NCBI GenBank assembly: GCA_964387845.1
Contig: CAYLXA010000003.1
Location: forward strand, 160,001 to 224,000
Direction of reading: 5' to 3'
Length of the DNA stretch: 64,000 nt
DNA from: an uncultured bacterium
GTDB taxonomy: Bacteria; Omnitrophota; Omnitrophia; Omnitrophales; Abzuiibacteriaceae
This document shows, in pieces, positions 9,133 to 19,672 of this stretch. The notes under the pieces are model-generated. The model was not told the origin of the DNA and ran no database searches. It saw nothing but the letters and a program-made list of their open reading frames with translations. A program made the translations under genes and the position numbers. The first letter of the stretch is position 1. Every line of letters begins with the position of its first letter.

Positions 9133-9609
9133 TTATTTTTTACCTAGCTGTGCAAAAAACGCTTCGGCGCCTTTTTTGACTTGTTCTTCCGTTAAATCTT
9201 GTTTGTGCGTGGCAATGTTCCATTTGTAACCGAAAGGATCTACAACACATCCGCAGCGGTCTCCCCAAAATACATCCGACATTGGCATAATGGATGTTGC
9301 TCCTGCGGTGACGGCCTGATTAAATAATTTATCCGCATCTTCCACATAAATATACAAACCGATCGGTGAATTGCCGAGAGTTTGAGCGCTAGAACACACA
9401 CCCGGCATTTCATCCCCCATCATGATGATGGAATTTCCGATTTCGATTGTGGCGTGCATCGTGCTTTTACCGTCCGGTGCCGGGAAAATCTGTGCGTTTT
9501 TTGCGCCGAACGCTTTTTTGTAAAATTCGATGGCTTTTCTGCAATCTTTAAATGTGAAACTGGGCGTTACCGTATGATATCCGTCCGGAATGGGTTTTAC
9601 GTTTGCCAT
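9133..9609 (-). CDS. VOC/glyoxalase-family protein (PhnB-like)
   Basis: 158 aa with glyoxalase/bleomycin-resistance fold signatures (…MHATIEIGNSIIMMGDE…FWGDRCGCVVDPFGYKWNI…). Confidence 0.65.
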   Translation of the reverse strand: MANVKPIPDGYHTVTPSFTFKDCRKAIEFYKKAFGAKNAQIFPAPDGKSTMHATIEIGNSIIMMGDEMPGVCSSAQTLGNSPIGLYIYVEDADKLFNQAVTAGATSIMPMSDVFWGDRCGCVVDPFGYKWNIATHKQDLTEEQVKKGAEAFFAQLGKK

Positions 9610-9627
9610 GGTTTGTCCTTTCTATTA

Positions 9628-9984
9628 TTAAGCGTCTACCATTACTTTAAATCCGCCCCAGAACATGCGTTTGCCGTCAAAAGGCATTGGTGTTTTGCAC
9701 ATTTTTTTAATGAACGGGTCATTCATTACTTTTTTATTGACGCTGTCACGGTGCGCGCGTGATTTGTAAACAATATAAGCAAACACCACTTTCTCGCTCG
9801 GTTTCAATTTGACGCTTTGCGGGAAAGAAGTCCATTTGCCTTTTTTGACATCATCCGCAATACATTCGATATATTCCAATGCGCCGTGTTTGCGCCAGAT
9901 TTTTCCGCATTTTGAAGCCAAACTCCGGTATTTGCCCAAATGCTTTTTCGGGACCGGTGCCACATATCCATCCACATATCGCAT
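9628..9984 (-). CDS. DUF1428 family protein
   Basis: N-terminus MRYVDGYVAPVP and length 118 aa are typical of DUF1428. Confidence 0.6.
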   Translation of the reverse strand: MRYVDGYVAPVPKKHLGKYRSLASKCGKIWRKHGALEYIECIADDVKKGKWTSFPQSVKLKPSEKVVFAYIVYKSRAHRDSVNKKVMNDPFIKKMCKTPMPFDGKRMFWGGFKVMVDA

Positions 9985-9999
9985 GATGTTCTCCTTAGT

Positions 10000-10368
10000 T
10001 TATTGTTCTTGTAAATAAGCGTTTGCCTCTTCAAAGGAAGAGACCGTTATAATTTGTACTTTTTTTGAATAATGGAACAAAGACATGATGCTGAAGCCGA
10101 TATCTTGGGAAGGATCGGGAACAATTCGGATGACTTCTGTGACGCCGTGCTGGTTGAAATAATCCATCGACCGCTTGATTGCGTCTTGAACGCCTTGTTC
10201 CATGGATTCAACCTTCGATAAATCCGTCAGAATTTTAAAACCTTTTCTGTGCTTCGGCGTTGCTTTTTGGATGTCGCTGTAAGACCGTTCGGCTTGTGTG
10301 ATATCAATCTGCCCGGAGAATGCAATTATCACAGCGTTTAATTTTTCGTCGTAGGAAACTTGAATCAT
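10000..10368 (-). CDS. STAS/SpoIIAA-like small protein of unknown function
   Basis: 122 aa soluble alpha/beta-like sequence with no clear motifs; the family call is weak. Confidence 0.35.
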   Translation of the reverse strand: MIQVSYDEKLNAVIIAFSGQIDITQAERSYSDIQKATPKHRKGFKILTDLSKVESMEQGVQDAIKRSMDYFNQHGVTEVIRIVPDPSQDIGFSIMSLFHYSKKVQIITVSSFEEANAYLQEQ

Positions 10369-10548
10369 GGTAGTAAGATTTTACTCTTACCATACTTTTT
10401 GTTCAATGGCTGTCGTAGAGAAAATGTACATGAAATTTTTTCACAGCTGGGTTATTATAAGCAGGTCAAAAACCAAATAAATACTTTTGCAGAAAATGAC
10501 AATCCAAGCCGACAATTTAGTCATCATTAATCATTCTGGCGGGGGTAT

Positions 10549-12999
10549 ATGAAAAATTTTTTGAAGCAATTTCTTCTATTAAGCACGTTTTGGATGTGGC
10601 AAGCCGCTGCTTGGGCGAGCGAAGCGGATCTTAAAATTCCGGATCTCCATGAAGGGCGTTTCGATTTATTCGGCGGTCTTACCGGGTATGAAATCCTTCT
10701 TTACGGCGCACTCATCATTTTGGGGACCGTGGGTGTTTCGCTTTATCAATTCATGAAAATCAAGGCGCTTCCGGCGCACCGCTCGATGCTTGACGTTGCT
10801 GAAACGATTTTTAAAACCTGTCAAACGTATCTCAAACAGCAGGTCAGGTTCCTCATGATTCTTTTCGCGATTATTGCCTGCGCGATGTCTTATTATTTTG
10901 TAGGCCTGCAGCATGAATCCGCGGCGACCCTCAGCTTAGTCCTTTTATTTTCAATCGTCGGCATGGCGGGCTCCACGCTTGTCGCGTATTACGGAATTCG
11001 AGTTAACACCTACGCCAATGCACGCACCGCTTTTGCATCACTGAGAGGCGTTCCGTGGGATGTGGTCAATATTCCGCTCCGCGCCGGCATGTCCGTCGGG
11101 CTTTTCTTGATTTCAGTTGAGCTTGTCATGATGGTCATCATTCTTCTTTTTGTTCCGCGCGATATCGTGGGTTACTGTTTTCTTGGTTTCGCGATTGGAG
11201 AATCGCTCGGCGCGAGTGCGCTTCGAATCGCGGGCGGTATTTTCACAAAAATTGCCGACATCGGTTCAGATTTAATGAAAATCGTTTTTCAAGTCAAAGA
11301 AGATGATCCGCGCAATCCGGGCGTGATTGCTGATTGTGCAGGTGATAACGCGGGTGATTCGGTGGGCCCGACAGCGGATGGTTTTGAAACGTATGGCGTC
11401 ACGGGCGTTGCACTCATTTCATTTATCACGCTAGCCGTCAAAGATCCAACGCTTCAAGCCAAACTCATCGTTTGGATTTTTGCGATGCGCTTTTTGATGG
11501 ATTTTATGTCCGGCGTTTCTTATTTTGTGAACAAAACAATTTCGGAAGCCAAATACAAAAACTTAAAAGATTTTGATTTTGAAGAACCGCTCACGCGTCT
11601 TATCAAAATCGCCACAACTCTTTGTATATCAACATCTTACGGCATGTCGTATTTGCTCGTAGGCGATCTTCCAGATCCGACGCTTTGGTGGAAACTGGCT
11701 TCTATTATTGCCTGCGGTACTTTGGCGGCCTATCTGATTCCGGAATTTACAAAGATTTTCACCTCATCACACTCCAAACACGTGCATGAAATTGTGACGG
11801 CTTCGCGCGAAGGCGGCGCATCGCTCACAATTCTCTCGGGCATTGTGGCGGGTTCATTTTCGGCATTTTGGAAGGGGCTTCTCATCGCAGCGCTTATGTT
11901 TGCAGCTTTTCTTATTTCTGGCATGGGAATCCAAAACATTATGCCGCACGCATCCATTTTTGCATTTGGCCTTGTGGCTTACGGATTTCTCTGCATGGGC
12001 CCCGTCAACATTGCGGTTGATTCTTACGGCCCGGTGACGGACAACGCACAATCCATTTTTGAATTGGCGCAGACGGAATCGATCCCCGGAATTGAAAAAG
12101 AAATTGAGAAGGATTTCGGTTTCAAACCGGATTTCAAAGGCGGCAAACATTATTTGGAAGCCAACGACTCGGCGGGGAACACGTTTAAAGCAACCGCGAA
12201 ACCGGTTTTGATCGGAACGGCGGTGGCGGGCGCTACGACCATGATTTTCTCGATCATTCTTCTTTTACAGGAACATCTTCACGCGAGTGCTGTGGCCGCT
12301 GCAGCAGGCGCGTTTGTTCCTGAAAATATCGGTGAAATTCTTTTGGCAGAGAAATTATCTCTCACAGCAGCACCAGTTTTGCTTGGATTTCTTTGCGGCG
12401 GGGCCGTCATTTTCTGGTTCTGCGGCGCTTCGATTCAAGCCGTCACGACGGGCGCTTATTCGGCGGTGGAGTACATCAAGAAGAACATGAAGCTTGATAA
12501 AAAAGAAGCTCAACGCGAGGACTCTATTCGAGTGGTGAAAATTTGCACGGAATACGCGCAAAAAGGAATGTGGAACATTTTCTTAGGACTTTTGGCGCTT
12601 ACGCTCGCGTTTGCGCTTTTTGACCCGTATTTTTTTATTGCTTATCTTGTGGCGATCGCCGTTTTCGGTTTATTTCAAGCCATGTATATGGCAAACGCCG
12701 GCGGCTCGTGGGATAATGCAAAGAAGCTCGTCGAAGTGGATTTCGGCGAGAAAAACACACCGGTTCATGCGGCGACCGTTGTCGGCGACACGGTGGGCGA
12801 TCCGTTCAAAGACACAACATCGGTTTCGCTTAACCCGATCATTAAATTTTCAACACTCTTCGGAATGCTCGCCGTCGAAATCGCAATCAAAATGGACCCT
12901 GCGATGACTCGCGTGAGTGCGCTCGTCTTTTTGGCTGCGGGCCTCTTTTTTGTCTGGAAATCCTTCTACCGGATGCGTATTCCCGCAAAAAAAGTTTGA
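10549..12999 (+). CDS. hppA: Membrane-bound proton-translocating pyrophosphatase (V-type H+-PPase), K+-independent type
   Basis: Signatures GGIFTKIADIGSDLMK, DDPRNPGVIADCAGDNAGDSVGPTADGFE and DNAKK…GDTVGDPFKDTTSVSLN. GNTFKA carries the Lys diagnostic of K+-independent enzymes. There is an N-terminal extension with a signal-peptide-like segment. Confidence 0.9.
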   Translation: MKNFLKQFLLLSTFWMWQAAAWASEADLKIPDLHEGRFDLFGGLTGYEILLYGALIILGTVGVSLYQFMKIKALPAHRSMLDVAETIFKTCQTYLKQQVRFLMILFAIIACAMSYYFVGLQHESAATLSLVLLFSIVGMAGSTLVAYYGIRVNTYANARTAFASLRGVPWDVVNIPLRAGMSVGLFLISVELVMMVIILLFVPRDIVGYCFLGFAIGESLGASALRIAGGIFTKIADIGSDLMKIVFQVKEDDPRNPGVIADCAGDNAGDSVGPTADGFETYGVTGVALISFITLAVKDPTLQAKLIVWIFAMRFLMDFMSGVSYFVNKTISEAKYKNLKDFDFEEPLTRLIKIATTLCISTSYGMSYLLVGDLPDPTLWWKLASIIACGTLAAYLIPEFTKIFTSSHSKHVHEIVTASREGGASLTILSGIVAGSFSAFWKGLLIAALMFAAFLISGMGIQNIMPHASIFAFGLVAYGFLCMGPVNIAVDSYGPVTDNAQSIFELAQTESIPGIEKEIEKDFGFKPDFKGGKHYLEANDSAGNTFKATAKPVLIGTAVAGATTMIFSIILLLQEHLHASAVAAAAGAFVPENIGEILLAEKLSLTAAPVLLGFLCGGAVIFWFCGASIQAVTTGAYSAVEYIKKNMKLDKKEAQREDSIRVVKICTEYAQKGMWNIFLGLLALTLAFALFDPYFFIAYLVAIAVFGLFQAMYMANAGGSWDNAKKLVEVDFGEKNTPVHAATVVGDTVGDPFKDTTSVSLNPIIKFSTLFGMLAVEIAIKMDPAMTRVSALVFLAAGLFFVWKSFYRMRIPAKKV

Positions 13000-13134
13000 T
13001 AGAGCCCTGCACAAAAGTTGCTTTCTGGTCTGTAAACTAGTAAACCCCTTTTACTGCAGAAAGAGGTTTATACTGTTCGGAATGGCAAACTCCAGCGTGC
13101 ATCGGTATGACAGTAGAAATTAAGGAGAGATACC

Positions 13135-13428
13135 ATGAGTGAAGAATTTGAACCCAAAGAGACTGCTTCGAGCCTGGCGCAAAATGATTCTGAAAATACA
13201 GTCGCTATTTTGAATGATATTCAGCAGAAACCTTTCGGAAAATCCGGAAGGCCGTTTAACTGGTTCAATCGGAATCGTTCCGAATCACGCGGAAACGAAT
13301 TCAGGCAAGAAGGATTTTCTTCGCAATCCTCAGGCGCGCGTCATTTTGATAAGCCCCGAGGCGAGGAAAGGCATGATTTTGGCGGGAAAAAGAAGAAATT
13401 TTTTCATCGAGGGAAAAGGCCGCGCTAA
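13135..13428 (+). CDS. Small basic low-complexity protein (hypothetical)
   Basis: RBS aaggagag 7 nt upstream. 97 aa rich in R/G/S/F/K; no homology recognised. Confidence 0.4.
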   Translation: MSEEFEPKETASSLAQNDSENTVAILNDIQQKPFGKSGRPFNWFNRNRSESRGNEFRQEGFSSQSSGARHFDKPRGEERHDFGGKKKKFFHRGKRPR

Positions 13429-13518
13429 ATTTGCTGCAAAACTTTACGTTGACATCTTGCCGAAACCGTGTAGACTCACGCCCGAAGTACATTGGTGAAG
13501 CTTTAAGGATAGTTTGAA

Positions 13519-13552
13519 CACCGCAAGCTTATCATAGCTTGCGGTTTTTTTG
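13519..13552 (+). terminator. Intrinsic terminator (10-bp perfect stem plus T7) in the csp leader / downstream of the 13135 ORF
   Basis: ccgcaagct-tatcat-agcttgcgg followed by ttttttt. Confidence 0.6.
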
Positions 13553-13587
13553 TTTAAGACACCCTGCTTCGCAGAAGGGAAATTAAA

Positions 13588-13791
13588 ATGGCACAAGGTA
13601 CAGTTAAGTGGTTCAATAACGAAAAAGGATTTGGATTCATTGCACCCGAGAATTCCGCGAAAGATGTGTTTGTTCATCATACCGCGATTCAAGGCGAAGG
13701 CTACAAAAGCTTGAACGAAGGTGACAACGTCCAATTTGACATCGTCAGCGGACCCAAAGGCGACCAAGCAGCTAACGTTGTAAAACGTTAA
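13588..13791 (+). CDS. Cold-shock protein (CspA family)
   Basis: [18 protein letters not shown]…DVFVHHTAI with RNP1/RNP2 motifs. Confidence 0.95.
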   Translation: MAQGTVKWFNNEKGFGFIAPENSAKDVFVHHTAIQGEGYKSLNEGDNVQFDIVSGPKGDQAANVVKR

Positions 13792-13805
13792 ACGCTTTGA
13801 TTTTT

Positions 13806-13846
13806 ACAAAAACCCCGTTCTCTTGCAAAAGAGAGCGGGGTTTTTG
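13806..13846. terminator. Bidirectional intrinsic terminator between csp (+) and katG (-)
   Basis: acaaaaa-ccccgttctctt-gcaa-aagagagcgggg-ttttt, a 12-bp stem with one G·U pair. Confidence 0.7.
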
Positions 13847-13852
13847 TGTTTA

Positions 13853-16093
<2,241 letters not shown>

Positions 16094-16149
16094 TTAACTC
16101 CTTTTTAGATTTTGCACTTTTTGCATATACCTTCCAAAACAACTTTCTT

Positions 16150-16185
16150 ATCTATTAATAAGAATAATTCCTATTTGCATATGAT
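16150..16185. promoter_or_regulatory. AT-rich Fur/PerR-like box candidate upstream of katG
   Basis: ttaataagaataatt, a mirror repeat with AATAAT hexamers, in the katG upstream region. Confidence 0.15.
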
Positions 16186-16234
16186 TTTACAATCAGCTAA
16201 CGACAAGCAAGATGTTAATCATTTAACTCAATTA

Positions 16235-16801
16235 TCAATCTAACTCTTTAAGAACCTTAACCGGGTTTCCGCCCACAACTGTTTTGGAAGGAACGTCTTT
16301 TGCAACAACGGCGCCTGCAGCAATAATACTCTCATCGCCAATTTTAATTCCTGGGCATAAAACAGCACTTCCTCCAATCCAAACATCATTTCCTATATGA
16401 ACAGTTTTTCCAAACTCTAGCCCTCTGCGCCGCTCCTGCGCATCTAGCGGGTGGCCAGCCGTATAAATTTGGACATTAGGTCCTAACATAACGTTAGAAC
16501 CGATTATAATTTTAGCCACATCCAATAAGATACAATTGAAATTCAAATAGACATTCTCACCGAGTTCGATATTTTTCCCATAATCACAATAAAAAGGCGG
16601 CTGAAGCCATAGCCCCGAACCGACTTTGCCAAATAACTTCTTGCACAAGGCCAATCGATCGCCATTTTTGATATCTTGAACAGAGCTATTTAGTTTGTTC
16701 AGTAAATCACGTGCTTTCTTGCGCATACGCACAAGTTCCGCATCACTTGCGTTATAAAGTTCTCCCGAAATCATTTTTTCATATTCAGTCATAGTTTCCA
16801 T
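16235..16801 (-). CDS. maa: Maltose/galactoside O-acetyltransferase (hexapeptide-repeat, left-handed beta-helix)
   Basis: N-terminal Mac domain (…ELYNASDAELVRMRKKARDLLNKLN), then hexapeptide repeats (IGDESIIAAGAVV…). Start set at METMTEYEKM. Confidence 0.75.
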   Translation of the reverse strand: METMTEYEKMISGELYNASDAELVRMRKKARDLLNKLNSSVQDIKNGDRLALCKKLFGKVGSGLWLQPPFYCDYGKNIELGENVYLNFNCILLDVAKIIIGSNVMLGPNVQIYTAGHPLDAQERRRGLEFGKTVHIGNDVWIGGSAVLCPGIKIGDESIIAAGAVVAKDVPSKTVVGGNPVKVLKELD

Positions 16802-16885
16802 TATACCCGCACTGGACAAAAAAAGAACCCGCTTAACCAATTACGATTAAGCGGGTTTATGTAATGGCTACCGTGAATTTAAACA

Positions 16886-16923
16886 AAAATGGCCACAACG
16901 CATAAAACGAAGTGGCCATTTTG
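16886..16923 (-). terminator. Terminator hairpin downstream of tRNA-Asn
   Basis: aaaatggccac-loop-gtggccatttt. Read on the minus strand it is followed by ttttgttt. Confidence 0.5.
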
Positions 16924-16931
16924 TTTAAATC

Positions 16932-17004
16932 CTCCCGAGCCAGGGCTCGAACCTGGGACCCAGCGATTAACAGTCGCTTGCTCTACCAACTGAGCTACTC
17001 GGGA
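16932..17004 (-). tRNA. tRNA-Asn (anticodon GUU)
   Basis: Reverse complement reads TCCCGAG-TA-GCTC-AGTTGGTA-GAGC-A-AGCGA-CTGTTAA-TCGCT-GGGTC-CCAGG-TTCGAGC-CCTGG-CTCGGGA-G. Cloverleaf with a 7-bp acceptor stem, GTTC T-loop and anticodon loop CT-GTT-AA; CCA is not encoded. Confidence 0.9.
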
Positions 17005-17149
17005 ATGAGTGAGGCGAGTAAGGATTATAGCGAAATAACGGGCAATTTTGAAGCTGATTATAAGACCGATTTAGAAAGCCTTATTCTCATAAAGCCGGCA
17101 AGAATAAATACCTACATTGCTGCCAGCGGCTGTAGCAGTCAATCCTATT

Positions 17150-18496
17150 TCAGTAAACCAAAGTTTTTGGAAGTTCTTTCCCGCCGGTTTCATGCCACCA
17201 GTTTAATGTTTTCTTTTTAAGGTCTTTCATCATTTCTTCATGTTCTGGGTTTTGAGACAAGTTATTTCTCTCAAAAGGATCATCCGGCAGATAGTATAAA
17301 TCCTGGTCACCTGCTTTGCGGGCGGGGAAATCGGTCATGACATGTTGAATTCGGAAATAATTGTTCCGATCTTCCGTTATGTCTTTCACGTAGAAAATAT
17401 ACTTCCATTTCTCGGTCCTAGCATAAAAAGCATAAACGTCGCTTTCCGGCGCCGGATTCTTTGATGCAACCGAAGGATATATTGCTCCAAACAGGGTATC
17501 TCGGAATTCGGCATTTTTTCCTTCAATAGCAGGTTTCAAAGATTTTCCGGCCATGCTTTCCGGCGGCGCAATTCCGGCGTAATCCAGAATGGTCGGGACA
17601 ATATCAAGCGCGCTGATCATTTTTGGAATCACTTGTCCGCTTTTGATATGATCGGGCCAGTAAAAAATAACGGGCGTCCGCAATCCCATTTCGAATGCGG
17701 ATCCTTTGGAAACAAGGCCGTTGCACCATCCATTATCGATGACGAAAATAACCAGCGTATTTTTAAGCAGGTCCTTTTCTTTTAGTTTTTCTAAAACAGC
17801 GTTAATGCTGGCATCAAGCCAGTATTCCATAGCAAAACTTAATCTTTCGATTTCGCGGTAACGCTTATGCTTTTCTTTCGGCACCCAAGATGGGATTGGT
17901 ATGTCATCCTGTTTGAAAAAATTTAAAAATTCCTTCGGAGGCCGAAGAGGCACGTGAGGAATTCGCGGCGCGTACCATACAAAAAAGTTCTGATTTTTAA
18001 GCTTATCAAAAAATTTGAATAGATCTTTTTGATCGCGCCTGACAAAAAAATAATCCTTGCCTTTACCATGAGTAAAACCAAGGCGCTCCGGCTTTCCTTC
18101 CCAATATTTTCCTTGTGCAAATGTTGCGTAGCCTGTGTCGCGCAGAAGAGCAGGTAATAGGTACTTCGCGTTTAATTGGTCGGGGCCGCTGTTGTAGTAA
18201 ATTCCATGCTGATGGGGGTACATTCCGGAAAGAAATCCTGCCAAAGTAGGGCGGCATCGCGACATCGGCACATAAGCTGTCGGGAACAAAGTGCCTTCTT
18301 GCGCGAGTTTATCAATGGTTGGCGTTTTGACATTGGGATTTCCGGTGAATCCTGTGTGCGTGTGGTTATGATCGTCTGAAATAATGAGTAATATATTGGG
18401 ACGAACGCCAGATTCTGCAAAACATTTCAAATTTAAACTTAGCAATACCGCAACAAATAAGATTGCGCACCTAGTCAAAAACCTATTTTTTATCAC
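17150..18496 (-). CDS. Sulfatase-family (alkaline-phosphatase superfamily) secreted hydrolase with non-canonical active-site motif
   Basis: Signal peptide and a PNILLIISDDH N-terminal block. The active-site region reads C-R-P-T-L-AGFLSG instead of C-x-P-x-R. C-terminal sulfatase-like blocks are present. Confidence 0.65.
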   Translation of the reverse strand: MIKNRFLTRCAILFVAVLLSLNLKCFAESGVRPNILLIISDDHNHTHTGFTGNPNVKTPTIDKLAQEGTLFPTAYVPMSRCRPTLAGFLSGMYPHQHGIYYNSGPDQLNAKYLLPALLRDTGYATFAQGKYWEGKPERLGFTHGKGKDYFFVRRDQKDLFKFFDKLKNQNFFVWYAPRIPHVPLRPPKEFLNFFKQDDIPIPSWVPKEKHKRYREIERLSFAMEYWLDASINAVLEKLKEKDLLKNTLVIFVIDNGWCNGLVSKGSAFEMGLRTPVIFYWPDHIKSGQVIPKMISALDIVPTILDYAGIAPPESMAGKSLKPAIEGKNAEFRDTLFGAIYPSVASKNPAPESDVYAFYARTEKWKYIFYVKDITEDRNNYFRIQHVMTDFPARKAGDQDLYYLPDDPFERNNLSQNPEHEEMMKDLKKKTLNWWHETGGKELPKTLVY

Positions 18497-18743
18497 GCCT
18501 ATATCCTTTTCTATTTCCCCAAAAAATACAAAGACAAGTTAAAAGCAGCATCAAAAAAATGGATTCATAATTAAGCTGGATCAAACAATCTTCCAAAGAT
18601 CTGCCTATTACGATTAAATCTGCAATCCGGCTCAAAGCACTGTAAACCCCGTAGCAAGCACCATCAATCAGGTAGCCTCTGCCGGCAAAGAAAGCCAGCC
18701 AGCAAATTATTGCTAAAAGAAAAAACGGTCTTTGCTTTATCAT
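18483..18743 (-). CDS. Small membrane protein (hypothetical)
   Basis: 86 aa with 2-3 predicted TM helices. Overlaps the SGNH gene stop (ATGA) and the sulfatase start, consistent with operon membership. Confidence 0.35.
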   Translation of the reverse strand: MIKQRPFFLLAIICWLAFFAGRGYLIDGACYGVYSALSRIADLIVIGRSLEDCLIQLNYESIFLMLLLTCLCIFWGNRKGYRRDKK

Positions 18744-19672
18744 GAATTAAAACACCGATTAACTGCTACTTCAGCGAACAGCCTGGCGCCGGCGGTATTT
18801 AAGTGATCTTCAGATGAAAACAAATCAGGGTCGTCGATCACGTACGATCCATTAAAATATTTGTAGCTGTAACGATCCGCAAGTTGCCGGATAAAAGCGT
18901 AAGCTTCCGAGAATTGTGGAAAATTTTTTGACATGTCTAAATATTGAGGCGACATAGGATAGGACACTAGACAGACATCCGCATTTTTATTTTTCAGATA
19001 TGAAAAAATAAGCTCGAGTTTATTAGCGGCTTTTCCGCTATGAAAATCTGATGCCGGAAGTTGCAGCTGAACTCTCTTTTGAATTCTAGATTTGATTTCG
19101 TTTGCCGTATAAGTTTGCGACATCGGGTCGTCCAGAGTTTGGGCGCCGTCCTTGTGAAGAACAAATTTGCTCTTAAAACTTCCGCGCTTTAAAAAAACTT
19201 TAAAGTAATTTAGCAAATTAATTTTATGCCGGGCGGTCAGTATCAGTATTGGAGGGTCTTCCGGAGATTCATAATCCTTTAAAAATAATTCGGAGTTCAT
19301 TTTTTCGCGGTAATCAGAAAAGAAATGCGGATCGACCTGTAGAATTATTTTTCCAGGCTGTTTTTTGGAGAAGTAGAGCATTATTTTTCCTACGAGCACA
19401 TCTAAGTTTTCGTAAGAAGCGGCGAGGTTGATAAAACCAGCTTGTCCGGTGAAACCTTGGCTTGTATGAGAGTCGCCGAAGGCAACATTTTCAGCGGTTG
19501 AATTAAAAAATAAAGCGCGGTGATGCTCAAAAACATCCCGTTTTTGAACTTTTGTGCGAATCAATATTTCTGCGGAGAGCAAAAAAACGAAAGTAATTAT
19601 GAAAGAAGTGGCGGCAAAAACTTTTAACCAAATCTTAAAATTGGAAGTAGAGGAATTCACTATTGGATTCAA
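18740..19672 (-). CDS. SGNH/GDSL-like acyl-esterase, partner of the MBOAT acyltransferase (AlgJ/AlgX/PatB-like)
   Basis: N-terminal TM anchor, AFGDSHT (GDS block I) and EDHLN (DxxH block V). Lies immediately downstream of the MBOAT gene. Confidence 0.55.
   Translation of the reverse strand: MNPIVNSSTSNFKIWLKVFAATSFIITFVFLLSAEILIRTKVQKRDVFEHHRALFFNSTAENVAFGDSHTSQGFTGQAGFINLAASYENLDVLVGKIMLYFSKKQPGKIILQVDPHFFSDYREKMNSELFLKDYESPEDPPILILTARHKINLLNYFKVFLKRGSFKSKFVLHKDGAQTLDDPMSQTYTANEIKSRIQKRVQLQLPASDFHSGKAANKLELIFSYLKNKNADVCLVSYPMSPQYLDMSKNFPQFSEAYAFIRQLADRYSYKYFNGSYVIDDPDLFSSEDHLNTAGARLFAEVAVNRCFNS

Noticed and set aside
13000-13134. Possible terminator after hppA (aaaccccttttactgcagaaagaggttt)
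   Set aside because: The stem is imperfect (ccctttt versus aaagagg) and short; not convincing as an intrinsic terminator.
16912-17220. 102-aa plus-strand ORF
   Set aside because: It directly overlaps the well-formed tRNA-Asn(GUU) gene and its terminator on the opposite strand; no RBS, and the composition is non-coding.
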